From assembly GCF_050920415.1 (NCBI RefSeq), contig NZ_CP169309.1: a stretch of DNA of 64,000 bases. The stretch is one strand, 5' to 3'. Origin of the DNA: Escherichia coli. GTDB lineage: Bacteria > Pseudomonadota > Gammaproteobacteria > Enterobacterales > Enterobacteriaceae. Both the position numbers and the translations under genes were made by a program. The notes beneath the pieces are model-generated. The model did no database searches. It was not told the DNA's origin and worked only from the letters and a program-made list of their open reading frames with translations. Positions within the stretch are counted from its first letter, which is position 1, and each line of letters starts with the position of its first letter. Below, piece after piece: positions 1 to 14,818 of the stretch.

Positions 1-586
1 CGTTTATATCGGTCAGTACTGTATCAACGCCCTGACTTACTTCTTCATTACCTGGTTTCCGGTTTATCTGGTGCAGGCACGCGGGATGTCGATTCTGAAA
101 GCGGGCTTTGTGGCTTCCGTACCGGCGGTTTGCGGTTTTATCGGCGGCGTGTTGGGGGGGATTATTTCAGACTGGCTGATGCGCCGCACAGGTTCGCTGA
201 ACATTGCGCGTAAAACACCGATCGTAATGGGCATGTTGCTGTCGATGGTGATGGTGTTCTGCAACTACGTCAACGTTGAGTGGATGATCATCGGCTTTAT
301 GGCGCTGGCCTTCTTCGGTAAGGGCATCGGGGCGCTGGGTTGGGCAGTAATGGCAGATACCGCGCCAAAAGAGATCAGCGGTCTTTCCGGTGGCCTGTTC
401 AACATGTTCGGTAACATTTCTGGCATCGTCACGCCAATCGCAATTGGTTATATCGTTGGCACGACTGGCTCGTTTAATGGGGCGCTGATTTATGTTGGTG
501 TTCATGCCTTAATCGCGGTACTGAGCTACCTGGTGCTGGTGGGCGATATCAAGCGTATCGAGCTGAAACCTGTTGCGGGGCAATAA
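1..586 (+). CDS. gudP: D-glucarate/galactarate MFS permease, C-terminal part (5' end outside window)
   Basis: ORF 71..586 translation is hydrophobic multi-TM MFS-like; reading frame is open back to the window edge; followed directly by gudX and gudD as in E. coli. Confidence 0.8.
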   Translation, partial: VYIGQYCINALTYFFITWFPVYLVQARGMSILKAGFVASVPAVCGFIGGVLGGIISDWLMRRTGSLNIARKTPIVMGMLLSMVMVFCNYVNVEWMIIGFMALAFFGKGIGALGWAVMADTAPKEISGLSGGLFNMFGNISGIVTPIAIGYIVGTTGSFNGALIYVGVHALIAVLSYLVLVGDIKRIELKPVAGQ

Positions 587-587
587 G

Positions 588-1928
588 ATGACGACACAAT
601 CCAGTCCTGTTATTACTGATATGAAGGTTATTCCGGTCGCCGGGCACGACAGCATGTTGCTTAATATTGGTGGTGCACATAACGCATATTTCACCCGCAA
701 TATTGTGGTACTCACCGATAACGCCGGGCATACCGGTATTGGTGAAGCGCCGGGCGGAGAGGTGATTTATCAAACACTGGTCGATGCTATTCCGATGGTG
801 TTGGGCCAGGAAGTTGCGCGCCTGAATAAAGTGGTTCAGCAGGTGCATAAAGGTAATCAGGCAGCCGATTTTGATACCTTCGGCAAAGGTGCCTGGACTT
901 TTGAATTGCGCGTTAATGCCGTGGCGGCGCTGGAAGCCGCCTTGCTAGACCTGCTAGGTAAGGCGCTGAATGTTCCGGTCTGCGAACTGTTAGGGCCAGG
1001 CAAGCAACGCGATGCTATTACCGTCCTCGGTTATCTGTTTTATATCGGTGATCGGACCAAAACCGATCTTCCTTATCTGGAAAATACGCTGGGCAACCAT
1101 GAGTGGTATCAATTGCGGCATCAGAAAGCGATGAACAGCGAAGCCGTTGTGCGTCTGGCGGAAGCTTCACAGGATCGCTATGGCTTTAAAGATTTCAAAC
1201 TTAAGGGCGGCGTGTTACCTGGCGAGCAAGAAATCGACACTGTTCGTGCATTGAAGAAACGCTTCCCGGATGCGCGAATTACCGTTGATCCCAACGGTGC
1301 ATGGCTGCTTGATGAAGCCATTTCTCTGTGCAAAGGGCTGAATGATGTTCTTACCTATGCCGAAGATCCATGCGGAGCAGAACAGGGCTTCTCCGGACGT
1401 GAAGTGATGGCGGAGTTTCGGCGGGCGACCGGCTTGCCCGTCGCGACTAATATGATCGCCACCAACTGGCGCGAAATGGGCCATGCGGTGATGCTCAATG
1501 CGGTAGATATTCCACTTGCCGATCCGCACTTCTGGACGCTTTCCGGTGCAGTTCGCGTGGCGCAGCTTTGCGACGACTGGGGGCTGACCTGGGGCTGCCA
1601 TTCCAACAACCATTTCGATATCTCTCTGGCGATGTTTACCCATGTGGGCGCGGCGGCACCGGGTAATCCTACCGCTATCGATACCCACTGGATTTGGCAG
1701 GAGGGCGATTGTCGCCTGACCCAAAATCCGCTGGAGATTAAAAACGGAAAAATTGCCGTTCCTGATGCGCCCGGTCTGGGCGTGGAACTGGACTGGGAAC
1801 AGGTACAAAAGGCACATGAGGCCTATAAACGTCTGCCTGGCGGTGCGCGTAACGACGCAGGCCCGATGCAGTACCTGATCCCCGGCTGGACCTTTGACCG
1901 TAAACGTCCCGTTTTCGGCCGTCATTGA
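588..1928 (+). CDS. gudX: glucarate dehydratase-related protein (enolase superfamily)
   Basis: ORF 573..1928; likely start at the internal ATG giving [21 protein letters not shown]; paralogous to the next ORF. Confidence 0.9.
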   Translation: MTTQSSPVITDMKVIPVAGHDSMLLNIGGAHNAYFTRNIVVLTDNAGHTGIGEAPGGEVIYQTLVDAIPMVLGQEVARLNKVVQQVHKGNQAADFDTFGKGAWTFELRVNAVAALEAALLDLLGKALNVPVCELLGPGKQRDAITVLGYLFYIGDRTKTDLPYLENTLGNHEWYQLRHQKAMNSEAVVRLAEASQDRYGFKDFKLKGGVLPGEQEIDTVRALKKRFPDARITVDPNGAWLLDEAISLCKGLNDVLTYAEDPCGAEQGFSGREVMAEFRRATGLPVATNMIATNWREMGHAVMLNAVDIPLADPHFWTLSGAVRVAQLCDDWGLTWGCHSNNHFDISLAMFTHVGAAAPGNPTAIDTHWIWQEGDCRLTQNPLEIKNGKIAVPDAPGLGVELDWEQVQKAHEAYKRLPGGARNDAGPMQYLIPGWTFDRKRPVFGRH

Positions 1929-1948
1929 TTTTGAAAAAGGACATAAAG

Positions 1949-3289
1949 ATGAGTTCTCAATTTACGACGCCTGTTGTTACTGAAATGCAGGTCATCCCGG
2001 TGGCGGGCCATGACAGTATGCTGATGAATCTGAGTGGTGCACACGCACCGTTCTTCACGCGTAATATTGTGATTATCAAAGATAATTCTGGTCACACTGG
2101 CGTAGGGGAAATTCCCGGCGGCGAGAAAATCCGTAAAACGCTGGAAGATGCGATTCCGCTGGTGATGGGTAAAACGCTGGGTGAATACAAAAACGTTCTG
2201 ACGCTGGTGCGTAATACTTTTGCCGATCGTGATGCTGGTGGGCGCGGTTTGCAGACATTTGATTTGCGTACCACTATTCATGTAGTTACCGGGATAGAAG
2301 CGGCAATGCTGGATCTGCTGGGGCAGCATCTGGGGGTTAACGTGGCATCCCTGCTGGGCGATGGTCAACAGCGTAGCGAAGTCGAAATGCTCGGTTATCT
2401 GTTCTTCGTCGGTAATCGCAAAGCCACACCACTGCCGTATCAAAGCCAGCCGGATGACTCATGCGACTGGTATCGCCTGCGTCATGAAGAAGCGATGACG
2501 CCGGATGCGGTAGTGCGCCTGGCGGAAGCAGCATATGAAAAATATGGCTTCAACGATTTCAAACTGAAGGGCGGTGTACTGGCCGGAGAAGAAGAGGCCG
2601 AATCTATTGTAGCACTGGCGCAACGCTTCCCGCAGGCGCGTATTACCCTCGATCCTAACGGTGCCTGGTCGCTGAACGAAGCGATTAAAATCGGTAAATA
2701 CCTGAAAGGTTCGCTGGCTTATGCAGAAGATCCGTGTGGTGCGGAGCAAGGTTTCTCCGGGCGTGAAGTGATGGCAGAGTTCCGTCGCGCAACTGGCCTG
2801 CCGACCGCAACCAATATGATCGCCACCGACTGGCGGCAGATGGGCCATACGCTCTCGTTACAATCCGTTGATATCCCGCTGGCGGATCCGCATTTCTGGA
2901 CGATGCAAGGTTCGGTACGTGTGGCGCAAATGTGCCATGAGTTTGGCCTGACCTGGGGTTCACACTCTAACAACCACTTCGATATTTCCCTGGCGATGTT
3001 TACCCATGTAGCCGCTGCTGCACCGGGTAAAATTACTGCTATTGATACGCACTGGATCTGGCAGGAAGGCAATCAGCGTCTGACCAAAGAACCGTTTGAG
3101 ATCAAAGGCGGGCTGGTACAGGTGCCGCAAAAACCAGGATTGGGCGTAGAAATCGATATGGATCAGGTGATGAAAGCCCACGAGCTGTATCAGAAACACG
3201 GGCTTGGCGCGCGTGACGATGCAATGGGAATGCAGTATCTGATTCCTGGCTGGACGTTCGATAACAAGCGTCCGTGCATGGTGCGTTAA
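1949..3289 (+). CDS. gudD: D-glucarate dehydratase
   Basis: ORF 1925..3289; likely start at [22 protein letters not shown]; enolase-superfamily fold, close paralog of gudX. Confidence 0.9.
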   Translation: MSSQFTTPVVTEMQVIPVAGHDSMLMNLSGAHAPFFTRNIVIIKDNSGHTGVGEIPGGEKIRKTLEDAIPLVMGKTLGEYKNVLTLVRNTFADRDAGGRGLQTFDLRTTIHVVTGIEAAMLDLLGQHLGVNVASLLGDGQQRSEVEMLGYLFFVGNRKATPLPYQSQPDDSCDWYRLRHEEAMTPDAVVRLAEAAYEKYGFNDFKLKGGVLAGEEEAESIVALAQRFPQARITLDPNGAWSLNEAIKIGKYLKGSLAYAEDPCGAEQGFSGREVMAEFRRATGLPTATNMIATDWRQMGHTLSLQSVDIPLADPHFWTMQGSVRVAQMCHEFGLTWGSHSNNHFDISLAMFTHVAAAAPGKITAIDTHWIWQEGNQRLTKEPFEIKGGLVQVPQKPGLGVEIDMDQVMKAHELYQKHGLGARDDAMGMQYLIPGWTFDNKRPCMVR

Positions 3290-3300
3290 GACAGAAAACC

Positions 3301-3329
3301 AAAACCGGCTCTGTCAGGAGCCGGTTTTT
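3301..3329. terminator. bidirectional rho-independent terminator between convergent gudD and barA
   Basis: aaaaCCGGCTC-tgtcag-GAGCCGGtttt: 7-bp GC stem flanked by A run upstream and T run downstream. Confidence 0.6.
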
Positions 3330-3346
3330 ACTGGATAACATATTTA

Positions 3347-6103
3347 TTACCCAAGAATTTTGCTGGCTTCGCGCGCCACATTATCCATCTCGTCCAGCAG
3401 TTCCAGAAGCTCTGGCTCCAAATCTTCTTCTTTAGTACCGCTGCGTAGCTGTTGTTCAATCAGTTGGCAGAGATTCTTCATACGCGGCACACCGCTATAG
3501 CCGCAACTGCCATGCAGTTTATGAATCAAATCAACCAGGCCTTCCGGGTTTTCTCCAACCAGCTGTTCCTCAACTTTGTTGCGAACTTCAGGCAGGAAAT
3601 CGAGTAACATTTGCAGCATATCGCGCGCTAAATCGGTTTTTCCTGCTGCCTGGCGTAGTGCCAGTTGCCAGTCGAGGGTCGCATTCGGGTTCACCACAAT
3701 TTCATTGACTTCGGGGGTCACGACGCGAGAGGAAATACCGCTGCCAGGCTTGTAGCGCAACAGCAAATTATGCAATCGTTCTTCTTCAATCGGTTTCGCC
3801 AGATAATCGCTCATCCCTGCGCCAAGCAGCTTCTCTTTTTGCCCGGCCATTGCATGCGCCGTTACCGCGATAACCGGCGTTTGTTGCTGATGTGGGAGCT
3901 GGTGGATGAGTTCGCAGGCCCGAATTCCGTCCATGTCCGGCATTTGAATATCCATTAAGATCAGATCGAACGGCATCTGTTTCGCCCGTTCAACGGCCTG
4001 ATGCCCGCTATCGCAAAGCTCTACATGTTGCACCATATCTTCCAGCAATGCGCCGATAAGTTTCAGGTTAGCGGGGTTGTCATCAACCGCCATGACTGTC
4101 ATTGCCAGCTTACTTTCATCGGTTACAGGCAAAAGCGTGTTTTGTTTGTGATGACAAAATTCCGTCAGGGCAGGGAACAGGCGCGTAGGTGTTAATGGTT
4201 TCAGCAGACACGCGCCGATACCATCTTGCTTAAGTTTTTCAGCATTGACTTGTGCATGGCAAGGAAGTGCCAGCATCAGAAAATCGGTCATCGATACCGC
4301 TTTCGCTAATCGCTCATGTTGCATTGTTAGCGGCTCGCGGAAGGTCACCGCAATGCCTAATAACATCATGTCGTAATGCGCGGGAGGCAGCGCGGAGAAC
4401 GTTGGGCTATAAACCACTTCCAGCGGCGTTTCACTTAAAATATCCAGCGTGCATTGCGCTGCTGCGGAGTTTGGTTCGACATAGGCCAGGCGCTTGCCGG
4501 CGAGGCACTGGGTGGATGGCCCTTCGATAATAATGTTCGGATTCAGATCGAGATTAATGTGGAACCAGAAAGTTGAACCGCGATTCGGCTGGCTATGGAA
4601 CGAAATATCGCCGCCCATTTCATTAACCAGTTTTTGTGTAATCACCAGCCCCAGCCCGGTGCCACCATGACGGCGGGAAATACTGGCATCAGCCTGTCGG
4701 AAGGCCTGGAATAAGCGCGATTGATCGCGTTCAGGAATACCAATGCCGGTATCCCGAATCTGCACTTCAATCTGCACTTTGGTATTACTCAGCGCACGTT
4801 TTTCTACCAGAATATCAATGTTGCCATTCTCGGTGAATTTAATTGCATTCCCTACCAGGTTAGTGATGATTTGCTGTAATCGCAGTGGGTCGCCAATTAC
4901 GTTATCGGGCACGTCGCTCTTAATATTGAGCGTCAGTTCCAGCCCTTTATCGTGAGAAGAATGTGCCAGCAGGGTAACGACTTCATCCAGCGTGCTGCGT
5001 AGTGGGAATGGAATACTTTCCAGAATCAGCTTACCTGCTTCCAGTTTCGAGAAGTCGAGAACATCATTAATAATTGCCAGCAAATTATTTGCCGAACGTT
5101 CAATCGTATTCAGGTGATCGCGCTGCGTTGGCGTTAATTCTGTTTTCAGCGTCAGGCGGGTAAAGCCAATAACACCATTCAGTGGTGTACGCAGCTCGTG
5201 TGACATATTTGCCAGAAACTCGGATTTAATACGCGCCGCTTCCTGGGCGCGCTTTTTCGCCAGATCCAACTCAACGTTCTGAATTTCCATCTGCTCCAGC
5301 GTTTCACGTAGATCGGACGTCGCCTGGTCGATATTGTGCTGCATCTCTTCGTGATAAGCTGCCAGCGACATTGCCATCGAGTTGATACCGTTTTTCAGCA
5401 TATCCAGCTCGCCGAGCATAAATCCTTCCACCCGGCTGTCGAGTTGCCCGCGACGGATGCGGTCGACGGTATTCACCATGTTGCGAATCGGACCGGTTAC
5501 ATCGCGCATTAAGCGCCAGCCAAAAATAAGCGCAATACCGATACAAAACAGCATCATCACGCTGGAAATAAAGATCTCTTTATATTGCTGCAAGCGAACC
5601 GATTTAAGATCCAGCTCAAGCGCAATATATCCCAACATATTTTGACTATTTTTGGCATCGCTACTGGGCGATTCGTCGGGGGAGTAACTCTCAGAAATAA
5701 TCGGCGTGCGGAGGATCATAATATCGCCGTCACGAGTGACAGTGAGCTGGCGAGGAAACGGCACGTTGCTGCCGAGCTGCATTGATGAGGGATCAAGATG
5801 AAAATTGGAGGTGACAAAGAGTCGGTTATTTTCATCATAAACCGAAATCGCGCGAACAATATCGGAATGGCGACGATGCAGTACGCTTATTAACTGACCG
5901 ATAGATTCGCGATTTTGCAGGCTCATGCCATATTCAGTAGAAACTGCAAGCGGCTCAATAATGCTGGCTCCGGCATCTTCCAGTTGACGCTGCAAGTCGT
6001 TATAGCGATGCACAACGAAAAAGATACTCAGCAATAAACCAATAAGGACGGTCGGTGCCAGGATCAGAATCATCATGCGTGCGCGCAGGCTGTAGTTGGT
6101 CAT
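3347..6103 (-). CDS. barA: hybrid sensor histidine kinase BarA (HAMP, HisKA/HATPase, receiver, Hpt)
   Basis: 918-aa ORF; H-box SHELRTPLN, receiver [14 protein letters not shown]-terminal Hpt region. Confidence 0.95.
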   Translation of the reverse strand: MTNYSLRARMMILILAPTVLIGLLLSIFFVVHRYNDLQRQLEDAGASIIEPLAVSTEYGMSLQNRESIGQLISVLHRRHSDIVRAISVYDENNRLFVTSNFHLDPSSMQLGSNVPFPRQLTVTRDGDIMILRTPIISESYSPDESPSSDAKNSQNMLGYIALELDLKSVRLQQYKEIFISSVMMLFCIGIALIFGWRLMRDVTGPIRNMVNTVDRIRRGQLDSRVEGFMLGELDMLKNGINSMAMSLAAYHEEMQHNIDQATSDLRETLEQMEIQNVELDLAKKRAQEAARIKSEFLANMSHELRTPLNGVIGFTRLTLKTELTPTQRDHLNTIERSANNLLAIINDVLDFSKLEAGKLILESIPFPLRSTLDEVVTLLAHSSHDKGLELTLNIKSDVPDNVIGDPLRLQQIITNLVGNAIKFTENGNIDILVEKRALSNTKVQIEVQIRDTGIGIPERDQSRLFQAFRQADASISRRHGGTGLGLVITQKLVNEMGGDISFHSQPNRGSTFWFHINLDLNPNIIIEGPSTQCLAGKRLAYVEPNSAAAQCTLDILSETPLEVVYSPTFSALPPAHYDMMLLGIAVTFREPLTMQHERLAKAVSMTDFLMLALPCHAQVNAEKLKQDGIGACLLKPLTPTRLFPALTEFCHHKQNTLLPVTDESKLAMTVMAVDDNPANLKLIGALLEDMVQHVELCDSGHQAVERAKQMPFDLILMDIQMPDMDGIRACELIHQLPHQQQTPVIAVTAHAMAGQKEKLLGAGMSDYLAKPIEEERLHNLLLRYKPGSGISSRVVTPEVNEIVVNPNATLDWQLALRQAAGKTDLARDMLQMLLDFLPEVRNKVEEQLVGENPEGLVDLIHKLHGSCGYSGVPRMKNLCQLIEQQLRSGTKEEDLEPELLELLDEMDNVAREASKILG

Positions 6104-6159
6104 GGAGTTCCGTTATGGGACAATTAAGGTCACACTGTTAAATTGAGAAAGTCTCGCCA

Positions 6160-7461
6160 ATGGCGCAATTCTACTCTGCAAAACGACGCACGACGACGCG
6201 TCAGATCATAACTGTTTCAGTCAACGACCTCGACTCTTTTGGTCAGGGCGTGGCACGACATAACGGCAAAGCGTTATTTATTCCTGGATTATTGCCACAG
6301 GAAAACGCGGAAGTTACTGTTACTGAAGATAAAAAACAGTACGCCCGCGCTAAAGTCGTACGCCGGTTAAGCGATAGCCCGGAACGCGAAACGCCACGCT
6401 GCCCTCATTTTGGCGTATGCGGTGGCTGTCAGCAACAACACGCCAGCGAGGATTTACAGCAGCGAAGCAAAAGTGCGGCACTCGCCCGATTAATGAAACA
6501 CGAAGTCTCTGAAGTGATCGCCGATGTTCCCTGGGGCTATCGCCGTCGCGCGCGTTTAAGTTTGAACTACTTACCGAAAACACAGCAACTTCAGATGGGG
6601 TTTCGCAAAGCGGGCTCCAGTGACATTGTCGACGTTAAACAATGCCCCATTTTAGTGCCCCAACTTGAAGCATTGCTGCCCAAAGTCAGGGCATGCCTGG
6701 GCAGCTTACAAGCTATGCGCCATCTTGGTCATGTTGAACTGGTACAGGCAACCAGCGGCACGCTGATGATTTTGCGCCATACCGCATCGCTAAGTTCGGC
6801 AGATCGCGAAAAACTGGAACGCTTTTCGCATTCTGAAGGCCTGGATCTGTATCTCGCCCCCGATAGTGAGATACTCGAAACCGTCTCTGGTGAGATGCCC
6901 TGGTATGAGTCAAACGGGTTGCGCTTAACTTTTAGCCCGCGCGATTTTATTCAGGTCAATGCGGGTGTGAACCAAAAAATGGTAGCGCGTGCGTTGGAAT
7001 GGCTGGATGTACAACCTGAAGATCGCGTACTGGATCTGTTCTGCGGTATGGGCAACTTTACACTGCCATTGGCGACACAAGCTGCCAGTGTGGTGGGTGT
7101 AGAAGGCGTTCCGGCGCTGGTTGAAAAAGGCCAGCAGAATGCGCGTCTTAATGGCTTACACAATGTGACGTTTTATCACGAAAATCTTGAAGAAGATGTC
7201 ACAAAGCAGCCGTGGGCGAAAAACGGCTTCGATAAAGTGTTGCTGGACCCGGCGCGAGCAGGTGCCGCAGGTGTTATGCAGCAAATTATAAAACTGGAAC
7301 CTATTCGTATAGTTTATGTATCCTGTAATCCTGCAACGCTGGCTCGGGATAGCGAAGCGTTATTAAAAGCAGGATATACCATTGCGCGACTGGCGATGCT
7401 GGATATGTTCCCACACACGGGACATCTGGAATCGATGGTACTTTTCTCGCGCGTTAAATAG
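6160..7461 (+). CDS. rlmD: 23S rRNA (uracil1939-C5)-methyltransferase
   Basis: 433-aa ORF; TRAM-like N-terminus, Cys cluster [17 protein letters not shown]-binding [10 protein letters not shown]. Confidence 0.9.
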   Translation: MAQFYSAKRRTTTRQIITVSVNDLDSFGQGVARHNGKALFIPGLLPQENAEVTVTEDKKQYARAKVVRRLSDSPERETPRCPHFGVCGGCQQQHASEDLQQRSKSAALARLMKHEVSEVIADVPWGYRRRARLSLNYLPKTQQLQMGFRKAGSSDIVDVKQCPILVPQLEALLPKVRACLGSLQAMRHLGHVELVQATSGTLMILRHTASLSSADREKLERFSHSEGLDLYLAPDSEILETVSGEMPWYESNGLRLTFSPRDFIQVNAGVNQKMVARALEWLDVQPEDRVLDLFCGMGNFTLPLATQAASVVGVEGVPALVEKGQQNARLNGLHNVTFYHENLEEDVTKQPWAKNGFDKVLLDPARAGAAGVMQQIIKLEPIRIVYVSCNPATLARDSEALLKAGYTIARLAMLDMFPHTGHLESMVLFSRVK

Positions 7462-7508
7462 TTACGATTTGCCGATTTCGGCAGGTCTGGTCCCTAAAGG
7501 AGAGGACG

Positions 7509-9743
7509 ATGGTTGCGGTAAGAAGTGCACATATCAATAAGGCTGGTGAATTTGATCCGGAAAAATGGATCGCAAGTCTGGGTATTACCAGCCAGAAGTC
7601 GTGTGAGTGCTTAGCCGAAACCTGGGCGTATTGTCTGCAACAGACGCAGGGGCATCCGGATGCCAGTCTGTTATTGTGGCGTGGTGTTGAGATGGTGGAG
7701 ATCCTCTCGACATTAAGTATGGACATTGACACGCTGCGGGCGGCGCTGCTGTTCCCTCTGGCGGATGCCAACGTAGTTAGCGAAGATGTGCTGCGTGAGA
7801 GCGTCGGTAAGTCGGTCGTTAACCTTATTCACGGCGTGCGTGATATGGCGGCGATCCGCCAGCTGAAAGCGACGCATACCGATTCTGTTTCCTCCGAACA
7901 GGTCGATAACGTTCGCCGGATGTTATTGGCGATGGTCGATGATTTCCGCTGTGTGGTTATCAAACTGGCAGAGCGTATTGCTCATCTGCGAGAAGTGAAA
8001 GACGCGCCGGAAGATGAACGCGTACTGGCGGCAAAAGAGTGCACCAATATCTACGCGCCGTTGGCGAACCGTCTTGGGATTGGGCAACTGAAATGGGAGC
8101 TGGAAGATTACTGCTTCCGTTATCTCCACCCGACCGAATACAAACGCATCGCAAAACTGCTGCATGAACGCCGTCTCGACCGCGAACACTATATCGAAGA
8201 GTTTGTCGGTCATCTGCGCGCTGAGATGAAAGCTGAAGGCGTTAAAGCTGAAGTGTATGGTCGTCCGAAACACATCTACAGTATCTGGCGCAAAATGCAG
8301 AAAAAGAACCTCGCCTTCGATGAGCTGTTTGATGTGCGTGCGGTACGTATTGTCGCCGAGCGTTTACAGGATTGTTATGCCGCACTGGGGATAGTGCACA
8401 CTCACTATCGCCACCTGCCGGATGAGTTTGACGATTACGTTGCTAACCCGAAACCAAACGGTTATCAGTCTATTCATACCGTGGTTCTGGGGCCGGGTGG
8501 CAAAACCGTTGAGATCCAAATCCGCACCAAACAGATGCATGAAGATGCAGAGTTGGGTGTTGCTGCGCACTGGAAATATAAAGAAGGCGCGGCAGCTGGC
8601 GGCGCACGTTCGGGACATGAAGACCGAATTGCCTGGCTGCGTAAACTGATTGCGTGGCAGGAAGAGATGGCTGATTCCGGCGAAATGCTCGACGAAGTAC
8701 GCAGCCAGGTTTTTGACGACCGGGTGTATGTCTTTACGCCGAAAGGCGATGTCGTTGATTTGCCTGCGGGATCAACGCCGCTGGACTTCGCTTACCACAT
8801 CCACAGTGATGTCGGACACCGCTGCATCGGGGCAAAAATTGGCGGGCGCATTGTGCCGTTCACCTACCAGTTGCAGATGGGCGACCAGATTGAAATTATC
8901 ACCCAGAAACAGCCGAACCCCAGCCGTGACTGGTTAAACCCAAACCTCGGTTACGTCACAACCAGCCGTGGGCGTTCGAAAATTCACGCCTGGTTCCGTA
9001 AACAGGATCGTGACAAAAATATTCTGGCAGGGCGGCAAATCCTTGACGACGAGCTGGAACATCTGGGGATCAGCCTGAAAGAAGCAGAAAAACATCTGCT
9101 GCCGCGTTACAACTTCAATGATGTCGACGAGTTGTTAGCAGCGATTGGTGGCGGGGATATCCGTCTCAATCAGATGGTGAACTTCCTGCAATCGCAATTT
9201 AATAAGCCGAGTGCCGAAGAGCAGGATGCCGCCGCGCTGAAGCAACTTCAGCAAAAAAGCTATACGCCGCAAAACCGCAGTAAAGATAACGGTCGTGTGG
9301 TGGTAGAAGGTGTCGGCAACCTGATGCACCACATCGCGCGCTGCTGTCAGCCGATTCCTGGAGATGAGATTGTCGGTTTCATTACCCAGGGGCGCGGTAT
9401 TTCAGTACACCGCGCCGATTGCGAACAACTGGCGGAACTGCGCTCCCATGCGCCAGAACGCATTGTTGACGCGGTATGGGGCGAGAGTTACTCCGCCGGA
9501 TATTCGCTGGTGGTCCGCGTGGTGGCTAATGATCGTAGTGGGTTGTTACGTGATATCACGACCATTCTCGCCAACGAGAAGGTGAACGTGCTTGGCGTTG
9601 CCAGCCGTAGCGACACCAAACAGCAACTGGCAACCATCGACATGACTATTGAGATTTACAACCTGCAAGTGCTGGGCCGCGTGCTGGGTAAACTCAACCA
9701 GGTGCCGGATGTTATCGACGCGCGTCGACTGCATGGGAATTAA
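7509..9743 (+). CDS. relA: GTP pyrophosphokinase ((p)ppGpp synthetase I)
   Basis: 744-aa ORF; RelA/SpoT synthetase domain, TGS and ACT C-terminal domains. Confidence 0.95.
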   Translation: MVAVRSAHINKAGEFDPEKWIASLGITSQKSCECLAETWAYCLQQTQGHPDASLLLWRGVEMVEILSTLSMDIDTLRAALLFPLADANVVSEDVLRESVGKSVVNLIHGVRDMAAIRQLKATHTDSVSSEQVDNVRRMLLAMVDDFRCVVIKLAERIAHLREVKDAPEDERVLAAKECTNIYAPLANRLGIGQLKWELEDYCFRYLHPTEYKRIAKLLHERRLDREHYIEEFVGHLRAEMKAEGVKAEVYGRPKHIYSIWRKMQKKNLAFDELFDVRAVRIVAERLQDCYAALGIVHTHYRHLPDEFDDYVANPKPNGYQSIHTVVLGPGGKTVEIQIRTKQMHEDAELGVAAHWKYKEGAAAGGARSGHEDRIAWLRKLIAWQEEMADSGEMLDEVRSQVFDDRVYVFTPKGDVVDLPAGSTPLDFAYHIHSDVGHRCIGAKIGGRIVPFTYQLQMGDQIEIITQKQPNPSRDWLNPNLGYVTTSRGRSKIHAWFRKQDRDKNILAGRQILDDELEHLGISLKEAEKHLLPRYNFNDVDELLAAIGGGDIRLNQMVNFLQSQFNKPSAEEQDAAALKQLQQKSYTPQNRSKDNGRVVVEGVGNLMHHIARCCQPIPGDEIVGFITQGRGISVHRADCEQLAELRSHAPERIVDAVWGESYSAGYSLVVRVVANDRSGLLRDITTILANEKVNVLGVASRSDTKQQLATIDMTIEIYNLQVLGRVLGKLNQVPDVIDARRLHGN

Positions 9744-9752
9744 TCATGCATA

Positions 9753-9790
9753 GCTGGATATGGCATCAGCCGTATCCAGCGGTATCTTTT
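9753..9790 (+). terminator. hairpin downstream of relA (possible terminator)
   Basis: GCTGGATA-12 nt loop-TATCCAGC followed by ggtatctttt; the T tract is weak. Confidence 0.4.
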
Positions 9791-9838
9791 ACTCGAAGGT
9801 ATTACACCTGACAGACCCGCAATTTTCAGGACATTCTA

Positions 9839-10630
9839 ATGAATCAAATCGACCGTTTGCTCACTATTATGCAGCGCCTGCGCGACCCGGAAAACGGCTG
9901 CCCGTGGGATAAAGAGCAGACATTTGCCACCATTGCACCTTACACCCTTGAAGAAACCTACGAGGTGCTGGACGCCATTGCCCGTGAAGATTTTGACGAT
10001 CTGCGCGGTGAACTCGGCGATCTGCTGTTCCAGGTGGTGTTTTACGCACAAATGGCCCAGGAAGAAGGGCGCTTTGACTTTAATGATATTTGCGCTGCGA
10101 TTAGCGATAAATTAGAGCGTCGCCATCCGCATGTTTTTGCTGACAGTTCTGCCGAAAACAGTCGTGAAGTGCTTGCCCGTTGGGAGCAAATCAAAACCGA
10201 AGAGCGCGCGCAGAAAGCGCAGCATTCGGCGCTGGACGATATTCCTCGTAGTTTACCGGCTTTAATGCGTGCGCAAAAAATCCAGAAACGTTGCGCCAAC
10301 GTTGGCTTCGATTGGACGACGCTTGGTCCGGTAGTCGATAAAGTCTACGAAGAGATCGACGAGGTGATGTACGAGGCGCGGCAGGCTGTTGTCGACCAGG
10401 CTAAACTGGAGGATGAAATGGGTGACCTGCTGTTTGCCACGGTCAACATGGCCCGCCATTTAGGGACAAAAGCAGAGATTGCACTACAAAAAGCCAATGA
10501 AAAATTCGAGCGCCGTTTTCGCGAAGTGGAGCGTATTGTTGCCGCGCGTGGACTGGAAATGACAGGTGTAGACCTCGAAACAATGGAAGAAGTCTGGCAA
10601 CAGGTAAAACGGCAGGAAATTGATCTCTAA
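9839..10630 (+). CDS. mazG: nucleoside triphosphate pyrophosphohydrolase MazG
   Basis: 263-aa ORF; tandem MazG domains with EExYE-type motifs (LEETYEVLDAI, YEEIDEVMYE). Confidence 0.9.
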   Translation: MNQIDRLLTIMQRLRDPENGCPWDKEQTFATIAPYTLEETYEVLDAIAREDFDDLRGELGDLLFQVVFYAQMAQEEGRFDFNDICAAISDKLERRHPHVFADSSAENSREVLARWEQIKTEERAQKAQHSALDDIPRSLPALMRAQKIQKRCANVGFDWTTLGPVVDKVYEEIDEVMYEARQAVVDQAKLEDEMGDLLFATVNMARHLGTKAEIALQKANEKFERRFREVERIVAARGLEMTGVDLETMEEVWQQVKRQEIDL

Positions 10631-10842
10631 GGGAATTACGTGGTCAAGCGCGATTTGTGTCATTTTTTAAATGACAAGCGCTTGATTTGCGTCAAAAACA
10701 TTTACCCCAAAGGGGCTATTTTCTCACTCCTGATTTCAATGGTGAGCTGGCGAAGAGGAGGGATAATGAAAGTTTGTGGCACAGGTCATGTTCGGGTATA
10801 CTGCTTTCCCGTCCTGGTTATTCCATCGTCTTTTCAACCTAA

Positions 10843-12495
<1,653 letters not shown>

Positions 12496-12514
12496 GTAAA
12501 AAAGTTAGAACGGC

Positions 12515-12545
12515 AACGCGTACCCAGGGTACGCGTTGTTTGTCT
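12515..12545 (+). terminator. hairpin in pyrG-eno spacer (possible attenuator or processing site)
   Basis: AACGCGTAC-ccagg-GTACGCGTT followed by gtttgt. Confidence 0.35.
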
Positions 12546-12567
12546 GGAGTTTCAGTTTAACTAGTGA

Positions 12568-13881
<1,314 letters not shown>

Positions 13882-13900
13882 GCCTGACTTTATCTGATTT

Positions 13901-13931
13901 AAAAATGCCAGCCTTCGGGCTGGCATTTTTT
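13901..13931. terminator. bidirectional rho-independent terminator between eno and the convergent TPM gene
   Basis: aaaaaTGCCAGCC-ttcg-GGCTGGCAtttttt. Confidence 0.65.
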
Positions 13932-13940
13932 ATGGTTGAG

Positions 13941-14813
13941 TTACCAGCGACCGGAAGCACCGCCACCGCCAGAAGAACCGTCACCTCCGCTAAATCCGCC
14001 ACCACTTGAGCCGCCACCAGAACCGCCGCTGTCTGAATGATAACTTCTACCTGATGCTTTTTTCTGTGGGACACATAACCAGGTAAAGACCATAATGATG
14101 GTGAAAGTAAAAAAGAAGGAAAATACAGCAATGGAAAAAGTTTGATCGGAGAACAGGAATAAATCTATAAGATAGACTGTTGAAATACAAACACTGCTTT
14201 TAAATGCCCGACAAAAATTATTGCCTTGATGAAAAAACCAGAAAGGGAAGAACATCACTGCAAATACCCAAAAAATAGCAAAGTAGTAATGATCACTGGA
14301 AGACGCTGATTCACTTTCTGAAGGATTAGACGAATATTGGTGTTGTGAAGTGAGTTGGTTATTCAAAGCGATTATAGCTAACTCTCATCCCTTAGCTAAT
14401 TTTTGTTTTTTAAAGGCGGGTATCATGATGTTACGGATGATATTGCCAGCCAGAGCATCGGTTACCTTTTCTTCCAGCCCATAACCTACCTGAATGCGGA
14501 CAGTTCGATCCGACCAGGCAACAACGATCAGTATCCCATCATTACGTTTGGCATCTCCTAAACGCCAATTGTCAAAAACCCTTGTAGCATATTGTTCAAT
14601 AGAATCGCCTCCGGTGGATGGCACTATTAATACAGCGACCTGTGCCCGTGTTTTTTGTGTAATATCCTGCAGCTGTTGTGTCAGTGATTGTTGTTCAGAC
14701 GTGCTTAAGGTACCAGTAATATCGGTCACCTGTTGGCGCAGCTCCGGCACAGCAATTTGCTGGGCAAGCACAGGAAGGCACCATAAAGTGAGTAGAAAAA
14801 GGATTATACGCAT
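13941..14813 (-). pseudogene. YgcG-like TPM-domain membrane protein, copy 3, interrupted by an in-frame TGA
   Basis: ORFs 14385..14825 (signal peptide + TPM domain) and 13941..14366 (TM helices + Gly/Ser tail ...GGGGASGRW) are in the same frame, separated only by TGA at 14385..14387 and 6 sense codons; the downstream ORF begins with TTG, not ATG. Confidence 0.6.
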
Positions 14814-14818
14814 AACGA

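Noticed and set aside
14385-14387. TGA in TPM copy 3 as a selenocysteine codon
   Set aside because: No stable SECIS-like hairpin directly 3' of the TGA and the paralogs have Leu at this position; a nonsense mutation is the simpler explanation.
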